From the IMG/VR virus record IMGVR_UViG_3300021511_000003, positions 159,016-223,015 of that record: a DNA stretch of 64,000 nucleotides. One strand, written 5' to 3'. Below are positions 9,047 through 17,027 of this stretch, piece by piece. The notes under the pieces are model-generated. The model saw only the letters and a list, made by a program, of their open reading frames with translations. It was not told where the DNA came from and did not search any database. A program made the translations under genes and the position numbers. Positions within the stretch are counted from its first letter, which is position 1. Each line of letters begins with the position of its first letter.

Positions 9047-9118
9047 TGGCCCAGGTGGGGATCGAACCCACGAATGAGGGTTTTAGAGACCCCTGCTCTA
9101 CCACTAAGCTACTGGGCC
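9047..9118 (-). tRNA. amber suppressor tRNA (anticodon CUA), CCA not encoded
   Basis: GGCCCAG/CTGGGCC acceptor, GCTT/GAGC D stem, GGGGT-CTCTAAA-ACCCT, GTGGG-TTCGATC-CCCAC, A73 then TAC. Confidence 0.9.
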
Positions 9119-9123
9119 TCTAA

Positions 9124-9447
9124 TTATAGTAGAAGACTCTTAAGATTATAACTATACATACAGTATGTATATACTAATATAACTAATGAAAAACATTTAA
9201 CTAAAAGAGTTGATTCCCTTTTAGTTAATTGTTTTTTTATTCCTTTGATTGTCAAATATAAAATTAATAATAGAAATGGTATTTTTGTTAATAACATTGT
9301 TGTTTGAATGCCAATAATTCCCATAAGGTAATTAATAATGGGGTTCATTTCTATAGCATCTTTGTCTAAAATAATTATAGTTGATATATAATCAAAAATA
9401 TTTATGAGCCAGATAAATACACAACTGATAATTAAAAATTTATTCAT
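9124..9447 (-). CDS. membrane protein (DUF5658-like)
   Basis: NIFDYISTIII...IEMNPII...TKIP; three hydrophobic helices. Confidence 0.6.
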   Translation of the reverse strand: MNKFLIISCVFIWLINIFDYISTIIILDKDAIEMNPIINYLMGIIGIQTTMLLTKIPFLLLILYLTIKGIKKQLTKRESTLLVKCFSLVILVYTYCMYSYNLKSLLL

Positions 9448-9734
9448 AATAAATTTAACCTTTCTGTAAACTTGCTATTCATATCAGTTGCTATTGCAGT
9501 TGTTTCATTATTCATATCTGGTTCTTTGAACTCAGTGTATGGAATTCCTTCTCTTTTAAATTTTATTTTTAAACTCTCTAACTGGTTCAAACCCTTAACA
9601 CCCAAGTATATTAAGGTACCATTGTTCCAGCGAGAGAGAGGGCTGTGAAGCATATAGTCAGCAACCGCATGACCTGCTTGCACAGCCCTTTGAGATATTG
9701 AAATATCTTTACGCACAATTACGTAGAGCTTCAT
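9444..9734 (-). CDS. peptidyl-tRNA hydrolase 2 (PTH2)-like protein
   Basis: True start MKLYVIVRKDISISQRAVQAGHAV...FKEPDMNNETTAIA. Confidence 0.75.
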   Translation of the reverse strand: MKLYVIVRKDISISQRAVQAGHAVADYMLHSPLSRWNNGTLIYLGVKGLNQLESLKIKFKREGIPYTEFKEPDMNNETTAIATDMNSKFTERLNLL

Positions 9735-10002
9735 CAATCTTACCTTCCCATGATAACATGTAATTTTCAATGACATGTTTACTTGGCTTGTCATTACATG
9801 AAATTTCAATCATATTATATGGAGTTCGATTAAATAATTGACAATAAGCTATATGTTTATGTCTATAGGTCCAACGATTTTCATCCAACCCATGAACAAA
9901 ACCAAAAACTTTATCTTTTCTTGTCTTTTTCTGCTCTTTGATCTTTTGTGCTAAAGATTTTTGCTCTTCTTTTATCTTATTTTTTAATTCCTTGAATGTC
10001 AT
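9709..10002 (-). CDS. hypothetical protein overlapping the PTH2-like gene
   Basis: MTFKELKNKIK...YRHKHIAYCQL; SD AAGGAG inside a hairpin. Confidence 0.7.
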   Translation of the reverse strand: MTFKELKNKIKEEQKSLAQKIKEQKKTRKDKVFGFVHGLDENRWTYRHKHIAYCQLFNRTPYNMIEISCNDKPSKHVIENYMLSWEGKIDEALRNCA

Positions 10003-10008
10003 GGTAAT

Positions 10009-10072
10009 CTCCTTTTTATTTCAGTTTAATTAATACAAAATACAATGTTTTACATTATAACTGAAATAGGAG
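10009..10072 (-). promoter_or_regulatory. SD-sequestering hairpin upstream of the 97-aa/PTH2 operon
   Basis: Transcript CTCCT-ATTTCAGTT ... AACTGAAAT-AAAA-AGGAG, 7 nt before ATG. Confidence 0.7.
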
Positions 10073-10109
10073 GTCCACGACATATCTATGGAAATTGTGA
10101 CTGTGCTAA

Positions 10110-10250
10110 CTAGTCATCAGTCCACTCAAAGTGGCATTCTGACTCGCAACACTTATTTGCACCGTGAGATTTATTAATCTCTTCGGCGTCTTTGGCTTCA
10201 TCTATTCGATGATCGCCAGAAATACCTTTATCCTCTGATTTTCTTTCCAT
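10110..10250 (-). CDS. 46-aa leader ORF ending in TAG
   Basis: Not in ORF track. AAGGAG RBS; MERKSEDKGISGDHRIDEAKDAEEINKSHGANKCCESECHFEWTDD*. Confidence 0.6.
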   Translation of the reverse strand: MERKSEDKGISGDHRIDEAKDAEEINKSHGANKCCESECHFEWTDD

Positions 10251-10346
10251 TATATTTTACTCCTTTGTTAACGTAATACTTCAACATTTATATTATGTTC
10301 TGATAAATGTTGTATAATAGTTTGAGAAATTGATATGGAGTGAAAA

Positions 10347-10433
10347 TGGTGGGGGGTGGAGGAGTTGAACCACTTGCCACCGCCTAACATATTTTGGCAA
10401 CGATTTTACAGACCGCAGTTAGGAACACCCCCC
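10347..10433 (-). tRNA. tRNA-Tyr(GUA)-like RNA lacking a D arm, with a 26-nt variable region
   Basis: GGGGGGT/ACCCCCC-ACCA; GCGGT-CTGTAAA-ATCGT; only GTTCCTAACT between acceptor and anticodon stems. Confidence 0.7.
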
Positions 10434-10642
10434 ATTATTTTAAGTCTTTACGTTTCCTCTCGATTACATATTCAATAACTTCTCCAAACTTATCAAATTC
10501 GATACATTTGAATTTTGTTCTTATATAAAAATAAAATAACCCAAATCTTTTTTTAACTCTATATTTACCCTTACCGTAATTAATTATACGATAAGTTCTA
10601 TTTGTATTTTTAACATGTGCTTTCCCATGATTTTATTCCTCC

Positions 10643-10891
10643 TTAACCTAGTTTTCTTCTAAAATCTTTATGATATATATAGTTACATCCCATACGAATG
10701 CACCATTTTGTAGCTTGATTATTAAGATATAAAAGACCACAATATTGACAATATAACCATGGGGTATTCTTTAATTTAATCGGTTTATGCCGTTCATATG
10801 AATAAGTAAGAGAGGTGTCTTTAATATTGTCTACTGTAATCCACATTCCTTTTTTAGACATATTATGCCTTTCAAAAATGATAATGTACAA
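10643..10891 (-). CDS. small Zn-finger-like hypothetical protein
   Basis: WLYCQYCGLLYLNN...CIRMGC. Confidence 0.55.
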   Translation of the reverse strand: MYIIIFERHNMSKKGMWITVDNIKDTSLTYSYERHKPIKLKNTPWLYCQYCGLLYLNNQATKWCIRMGCNYIYHKDFRRKLG

Positions 10892-10956
10892 GTGCTGAGC
10901 TTAATCTCAGTTTCGTTACCATCAGGAGTTACCCATCACATGGCACTTGTACGTAT

Positions 10957-11034
10957 TGGTAGACGTGGTAGGACTCGAACCTACATATACCATCTTGTAA
11001 GAATGGCGGCTAACCAATTCGCCTTCACACGTCC
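10957..11034 (-). tRNA. tRNA-Val(UAC)
   Basis: CCATT-CTTACAA-GATGG; CCA. Confidence 0.92.
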
Positions 11035-11361
11035 TTATAATTCATCTGTTAAAATTACAAAAGTTATAGAGCCACCTAAAAAAATTGTTACACCTTGTAA
11101 CCATCCAACTGATATAAGAAATATACAAAATAAAGCTAATTCCTGCCAAAATCCAAATGGGTCGATCATTAATCTTACTAATAAATATAACCATAAAGGA
11201 ATTAAAGCAATGATCCAGATGATTGTAATTATAACAAATTTTGCGATAATATTTAAATTTATAATTTTTTTTAATTTCTCTTTAATTGAATCATTTATTG
11301 TCAATATTGTTTTATTTTTTTTTATATTCATTATCTTTCCCTTTGGTTTCATTATTACCAA
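11035..11361 (-). CDS. membrane protein
   Basis: Two long hydrophobic segments. Confidence 0.55.
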   Translation of the reverse strand: MVIMKPKGKIMNIKKNKTILTINDSIKEKLKKIINLNIIAKFVIITIIWIIALIPLWLYLLVRLMIDPFGFWQELALFCIFLISVGWLQGVTIFLGGSITFVILTDEL

Positions 11362-12257
11362 AAACTTTTGTATAATTATCTCGATAGTTTTTATTTGTTG
11401 CCTTATGGGAAGAGTTCATCATGTTTTTACTCATATTAATCCTTTATATATCCATATTCTAAATCTTTTGGTGGTTCTTCTCCAAGACTAATCTTTAATT
11501 TTTCAAGGGCGATTTTAGCTTCTTCGGGCATTTGAAATCCACCAATTTTTGATCCTTGTCCTTCTGCGTGCCATCTCGGATCATTTTCTGAATATAACCA
11601 CCAACTTCCTGTTGTACTTTTGCTATAGAAGCCCATGAATCATCTCCTTCCATTGGTAACCATTGATAATCGTCTTTTTGTAAAGTCATTCCACTCCAAT
11701 ATGAATAAAGTTTTGCATCAATAATGGGTTTGATGTAATTGAATAACTTGCTAGGTATTCCTTCATCTTTTGATACACTGGTAAATCCAGTACAACCTGA
11801 TTCCTTCTTAAATTTACAACGAAAAAGTTTAGTTGTTGGAAGACTATGAGTGGTGTCAACATCATCAACGTAAAGCATCCCACTACATACTTTTAAAAAA
11901 GGACTAATATGGTCGAATTTAAATGTAATTCTAATCATACTATATAATTCTTTTTTTTATGTATTAACTATTTATTTTTCTTTTTCTTTTGTTCTTTCCA
12001 TTCTTGTTTGGAACAAAATTTATACCCGTCAGAATCAACTAAATTATGTGCTAGATCATTATTTACACGACGAATCTTTCCATTTTTTTTAATACACTTC
12101 ATCAAGATTTCCTTTTTTTAGAATTTTATTTACGATTATTTTTAATTCAGGTCTTTTATTTTTGATTTAATTTAAGTAATTATCAGATTTTTCTTTAAGA
12201 AGAAATTCTATTCTTCTTTCTTGTGCTTTAGAACTAAACATAATAACCTTTTTTATA

Positions 12258-12345
12258 TGGCGGAGGGAGTAGGATTCGAACCCACGGAGCTTTGACACCC
12301 AACGATTTTCAAGACCGCCGCCTTAAACCACTCAGCCATCCCTCC
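12258..12345 (-). tRNA. tRNA-Ser(UGA)
   Basis: Loop CTTGAAA, class II variable arm, G73, CCA. Confidence 0.95.
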
Positions 12346-12355
12346 ATAATTATTA

Positions 12356-12658
12356 TTATCCTATACCAAAACAACACACATTATTAAATCGTGATGGTTT
12401 CTCAATGAGTAAATCATACAATTCAGTTTGTGGATTCCATTTATACCATTTCTCCATTCTTGGGAAAAAATATATTCCAGGTTTAACTTCCTCAATTACA
12501 CAGTATGAATAATAACCCTCTTCAGATATATCTAAACTGTTATTTATTACTTCATCTTCTGCAATTTTGAGATTGAAAAAGAATCCAACACATCTAGAAA
12601 ATTTATGTGGTATGCGTGGAATAGTTGTTATAGTATAAATAACTTCATTTTTCAACAT
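12356..12658 (-). CDS. hypothetical phage protein
   Basis: 100-aa ORF, RCVGFF...YCVIEE...WYKW. Confidence 0.6.
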   Translation of the reverse strand: MLKNEVIYTITTIPRIPHKFSRCVGFFFNLKIAEDEVINNSLDISEEGYYSYCVIEEVKPGIYFFPRMEKWYKWNPQTELYDLLIEKPSRFNNVCCFGIG

Positions 12659-12677
12659 ACAGTACTCCTTTTAAAAA

Positions 12678-12763
12678 TGGCGGTGAGGACAGGAGTTGAA
12701 CCTGCATGACTGTTACATCGACTGATTAGCAATCAGCTGCTTTACCATTCAGCACACCTCACC
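12678..12763 (-). tRNA. tRNA-Ser(GCU)
   Basis: CTGA-TTGCTAA-TCAG, class II arm, G73, CCA. Confidence 0.95.
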
Positions 12764-13109
12764 GTTTGTTTTTAATATATTCTTTTCCTTCTATGAGAGC
12801 TTCTATAAAACCATCAATGTTACTTTCTTTTTGTAAAATGAAAGTTTCTTCAAGTTCAACATAACCTGTGAATAACATTATAAATGAGCATTTTATTCGT
12901 TTCCACATACCTTGAAGCCAATTAAGTTCACCCCAATGAGAAGCCCATGCAATTGTTTTATGAAAGTTTAAGAAAATTATTCCTGGAATTTCTTTATCAA
13001 TTTCAAACTCAATAACAACATCATGCTCATTGGAACCACAATCACATTCGACACGATAATATATAGAATCCTCAAAACTATGTGTTTTCATTACATTTTT
13101 ACTAATCAT
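12759..13109 (-). CDS. hypothetical protein
   Basis: 116-aa ORF. Confidence 0.55.
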   Translation of the reverse strand: MISKNVMKTHSFEDSIYYRVECDCGSNEHDVVIEFEIDKEIPGIIFLNFHKTIAWASHWGELNWLQGMWKRIKCSFIMLFTGYVELEETFILQKESNIDGFIEALIEGKEYIKNKR

Positions 13110-13247
13110 TATTTTTCCTTTTAAAGTATGCCCAACCTACCCTAATTGTATCAGTGGATATTCTTATAGAAAATTTTCCACTAAAACCAACTCCCAAGGA
13201 TTTCAATATCGGAAGTCTTTCATTACTCAACGATAGTAAAATATTAT

Positions 13248-13335
13248 TGGTAGCGGAGAGGGGATTCGAACCCCTGTTCTTATTACAAGATCTGGCTTAT
13301 GAGACCAGTGAGCTAGACCACTACTCGACTCCGCA
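13248..13335 (-). tRNA. initiator-like tRNA-Met(CAU) with 16-nt variable arm
   Basis: Unpaired 1:72 (U:U), A11:U24, loop CTCATAA; variable region ATCTTGTAATAAGAAC. Confidence 0.85.
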
Positions 13336-13342
13336 TTAAGTT

Positions 13343-13948
13343 TTATTCTATATTTATAACGACAGCACGTCTGTTTGTTTCCAATGTACTACCAAATATA
13401 TCAGTTTCACCGAATGCTCGGTAGGTGATACGTTTCATATCAATACCTTTGTCAACCAATTCTTTTCTAACTGATTCAGAACGTTTATATGCAAGACCCA
13501 TATTATATTTTTCAGATCCTTCTATGCTGGCATATGCCATAACCATTACTAAGGTATCTGGATACTCCTTCAACATATCAACGATTTTATTAACCTTTAC
13601 CATTTCAACATTGGTGATGATGGAACTATCATATGGAAAAAGGATTACTTCCTCTAATTCTGTAACCGTAATTGGTGCCGGTTTTAATTTCTTTAATGTC
13701 TCTACTTTCTTCAACCACTTGGAATCGGTAATCTCTTCAACTACTTCAGGAACTTCAACTTCTTTTGGACCATGATATAAAACATTATTGTTGGTTTTCG
13801 CTATAATAACATTTCCTTCATCAGTAACAGTTGCTTGATCTGAAAGAGGTGCAGAAAGATCTGTATGTGAAAGAACACTTACACTACTACAACCCATAAA
13901 CATAAATGCTAAAGCAATTGTCAATGTGATATTAATAATACTTTTCAC
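13343..13948 (-). CDS. OmpA C-terminal-like (peptidoglycan-binding) lipoprotein
   Basis: Lipobox FMGC; ILFPYDSS, ASIEGSEKYNMGLAYKRSESV, NRRAV. Confidence 0.85.
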   Translation of the reverse strand: MKSIINITLTIALAFMFMGCSSVSVLSHTDLSAPLSDQATVTDEGNVIIAKTNNNVLYHGPKEVEVPEVVEEITDSKWLKKVETLKKLKPAPITVTELEEVILFPYDSSIITNVEMVKVNKIVDMLKEYPDTLVMVMAYASIEGSEKYNMGLAYKRSESVRKELVDKGIDMKRITYRAFGETDIFGSTLETNRRAVVINIE

Positions 13949-13979
13949 GTTATTTCTCCTTTTTAATTATTCGTTTGTT

Positions 13980-14067
13980 TGGTGGCCCAGGTGGGACTCG
14001 AACCCACACGGGAATATTTCCCACAAGATTTTAAGTCTTGAGCGTCTACCAGTTCCGCCACTGAGCC
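13980..14067 (-). tRNA. tRNA-Leu(UAA)
   Basis: CAAGA-CTTAAAA-TCTTG, class II arm, A73, CCA. Confidence 0.95.
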
Positions 14068-14071
14068 AAAA

Positions 14072-14296
14072 TTAGTTACTAAGTTTATTTTTTACGGTTT
14101 CATCAGTAATTGGAAATCTTCCTTGTATTCTACCACAATCAAGGCAGATTTCAAAGTTAACATAATCACCCTCTCCTATATTTAGATCGGTTGGTACATG
14201 ACCATCTCTTCCCATTTCATTATACATTACACAACACATATCATTACATTTTGCATCGACTTCCATTAAACGGGTACTACCACATTTACATGACAT
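14072..14296 (-). CDS. small Cys-rich protein (true start MSCKCG)
   Basis: CKCGS...AKCNDMC...CLDCG; RBS GAAAGGA. Confidence 0.6.
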   Translation of the reverse strand: MSCKCGSTRLMEVDAKCNDMCCVMYNEMGRDGHVPTDLNIGEGDYVNFEICLDCGRIQGRFPITDETVKNKLSN

Positions 14297-14323
14297 TAAT
14301 ATATTCCTTTCAAAAATATGAAA

Positions 14324-14623
14324 TTGGATCCAAAAAGCAGCCAGAAGTGAATTGATGCTGATAAGAAGCTTCACTTAACCTGGATTTATATTGGTGTTAT
14401 TTTTAACACTCCCAAAACTTAATTCTTTATAACTTTAATCTTGACTGGCGCAATATTTATTCTCGTTGCGGTACGAGTTAAACTTAAGGCTTAATTCTTG
14501 AAACTTGATAATAAGTACCAATTTACATAGTAATATAGCTTTGTAGGCTATTATCAGTAAGATTCATATTTAACCCGATATGAGAGGGCTTATCTATTTC
14601 ATTGTTTACACTAGTGAATCCAA
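14324..14623 (-). ncRNA. candidate structured intergenic RNA
   Basis: 8-bp closing helix TTGGATTC/GGATCCAA spanning the spacer plus several internal hairpins. Confidence 0.45.
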
Positions 14624-14627
14624 AGTT

Positions 14628-15173
14628 TTAAGTTAATGACCGCGTTTTAGGTATGTCTTGAAGGTAGGTTGTTGCATTAATAACTTCAAGGCGTCCCTCA
14701 ATAGTCTTTCCTGATGTTAAATCTTCCCATTTTCTTTGTCCTGACCGTTTAACATTTTCATTATATAATCTTATGATCGTTGGTGCTGCCGAATCTTTCT
14801 CTCTATAACGAACTTGATTTCGATTTGCTTCATTTGTTGATAAAGACCTGAAAGTCTGAATTAATCGCTGACCTGTCTTTCTCAAAACAGTTAACCAATT
14901 ATGAATACTTCTTGTTTCATCATCAATTGTAACCATAGTAATTAGATTGGTGTAGTCGATCATTGCTTTGATATGACAATACTCTTTTTCTAAATCATTA
15001 TTGGATTGAATCAGTTTTACAACCTCTTCACTTTGTGCCTGTTCAGTACCAAAAATTGGTTTTTCATTTGAAAGAAGTGAAGAATATTTTTCAATTTCAT
15101 CACAGTTCTTTGCCATTCGTTTGTCAATGAGTTTTAATTTCTTAAGTCCTTCAATAATTGTCATATTATTCAT
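14628..15173 (-). CDS. coiled-coil hypothetical protein (DIP1984-like N-terminus)
   Basis: MTIIEGLKKLKLIDKRMAKN...; family resemblance recalled, not searched. Confidence 0.55.
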   Translation of the reverse strand: MNNMTIIEGLKKLKLIDKRMAKNCDEIEKYSSLLSNEKPIFGTEQAQSEEVVKLIQSNNDLEKEYCHIKAMIDYTNLITMVTIDDETRSIHNWLTVLRKTGQRLIQTFRSLSTNEANRNQVRYREKDSAAPTIIRLYNENVKRSGQRKWEDLTSGKTIEGRLEVINATTYLQDIPKTRSLT

Positions 15174-15679
15174 TTTTACAATTTCCTTTTGAATAAAAGT
15201 TTAGTTTTAGATGTTATCAATAATAACAAATTTGATAACTGCTACTATAATATTAATTATTGACATTATTATACATAATGAATTAAATTTCATAAAATTA
15301 ATATTACCATCTATATCACAATAACTCAAATAGTTTATTTTATTTTCACATAATACAGAACAACATGGTGAGACCAAACATTTTTTACATGGATCTTTAA
15401 CAAAGAAAATATAAAAAATCCTATGACGAAAACTTTTTGGTTTATTAATGTTTATGCTGTTGTATATCATTGAGTAATAGATTCCCCAAATTCAAATTTA
15501 GCAAAATCAACAAAATCTCTACATCGACATAATAAAGTTACTATATCAGATACGTTTATATTTTCTGCAATTATCGAATCCGGTGATACACATTCTAATT
15601 TATCAGACATGTTTATTATTGATGATTCGAGTTCTTCTATTTTTTTTTCTTTCATAAACATTCCTTTCAGAATCTAAAT

Positions 15680-15758
15680 TGGAAGCCCCTCCAGGATTCG
15701 AACCTGGGAAAATGACGGGTCCAAGGCCCGCCGTGTTAGGCCGCTTCACCAAGGGGCT
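15680..15758 (-). tRNA. tRNA-Gln(UUG), C33
   Basis: GCGGG-CCTTGGA-CCCGT; AGCCCCT/AGGGGCT, CCA. Confidence 0.88.
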
Positions 15759-15829
15759 ATAATATTACCTTTGTCTTTAGAATATTTAAATACAGAATTA
15801 TGTTCTAATTCACCTATATGGATTAAAGA

Positions 15830-15904
15830 TGGAACCCCCAGCAGGATTCGAACCAGCGACTATGAGATTAGAAATCTCATGCTCTTCCTCTGAGCTACGG
15901 GGGC
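15830..15904 (-). tRNA. tRNA-Arg(UCU)
   Basis: TGAGA-TTTCTAA-TCTCA; CCA. Confidence 0.93.
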
Positions 15905-16149
15905 ATTTTTTAAAACCAAACTACTGGAAATTCTATTATTCTATTATTTTCTAATTCATCATTTGCTTTTTGTATAATATTATGTAACTCTTATTTTCGA
16001 AATGTAATACCCATAATACATATACCAAGCAAATATATAAAATATGATTATATTCTTTTTCCCAACTATGCTCCAATAAATAAAAAAATAAAGGAATGAG
16101 TAGATCAAATCACGAAATATGAATTATTATATATATTTCGTTATAATTA

Positions 16150-16226
16150 TGGAGCCGCTGAGAGGATTCGAACCCCCGACCTTCTCATTACAAGTGAGAC
16201 ACTCTACCCAACTGAGTTACAGCGGC
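16150..16226 (-). tRNA. tRNA-Thr(UGU)
   Basis: TCTCA-CTTGTAA-TGAGA; U73, CCA. Confidence 0.95.
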
Positions 16227-16453
16227 TTATATATATCTTAATAATTGTTTAATTTTTATTTCAAGATCACATTTATCAAATTTATATTTTTTCTCCTTCT
16301 CTCCAACCAATATCAGATGATTTACCACATACAGTTTCATATAATTGTAATGGATCAACTTTGTTGTTAATGATACCATGAACAACACCGGTTAAATTAT
16401 TTTCTGATTTTTATATGATTGATTTCATAATTGCGGTCCTTTATTTAAAAAAT

Positions 16454-16540
16454 TGGTACCTGCGGAGGGAATCGAACCCACAAGTCATTTAAACACTAGA
16501 TCCTAAATCTAGCGCGTTTACCTAGTTTCGCCACGCAGGC
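16454..16540 (-). tRNA. tRNA-Leu(UAG)
   Basis: CTAGA-TTTAGGA-TCTAG, class II arm, CCA. Confidence 0.95.
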
Positions 16541-16548
16541 TTATATTT

Positions 16549-16895
16549 TTATTCTTTCGGGTTATCTTCTGATGGGTTTTCGTCAGGATCTGATTGAATC
16601 TCGTCAGTTTTCGGGAGGACTTCATCAACATCGTTTATACCATCATCATCAAGATCACAACTCAGAAGCTGTTCAATTTTTATCATAGTTGATTCTGACT
16701 TGTGAATTTCCATATTACTATCTTTTATGTCTGATCTTTTATCTTTTATTTCACTTTCAAGCTGTTTGATTTCAGTTTCAATGGTTTCAATAGTGTTTCC
16801 CTGATCTACAATGTATATTGACAGTTCAGATTCTATCTGTGTTAATGGAGAACAATACTTGCATAACTCTTCGGTGCTGCTTTAAAAATTCCCAT
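16549..16895 (-). pseudogene. acidic coiled-coil gene with a 1-nt frameshift
   Basis: MGIFKAAPKSYASIV then shifted frame SPLTQIESELS...EDNPKE*; GTTCTCCA lacks one T. Confidence 0.45.
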
Positions 16896-16936
16896 TTTCG
16901 CAATTCCCTTTCGATGGTCAGATTAATTCTTAATGT

Positions 16937-17013
16937 TGGTCTGGATGAGAGGATTCGAACCTCCGACTCCCTGATCCCAGGTCAGGTGCGCTACCAGACT
17001 GCGCTACATCCAG
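16937..17013 (-). tRNA. tRNA-Pro(UGG), C33
   Basis: CCTGA-CCTGGGA-TCAGG; C1-G72, A73, CCA. Confidence 0.92.
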
Positions 17014-17027
17014 ATGATTTTGATATT

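Noticed and set aside
9047-9118. Pyrrolysine tRNA
   Set aside because: Standard D loop, 2-nt acceptor-D linker, 5-bp anticodon stem and A73; no pyl genes seen.
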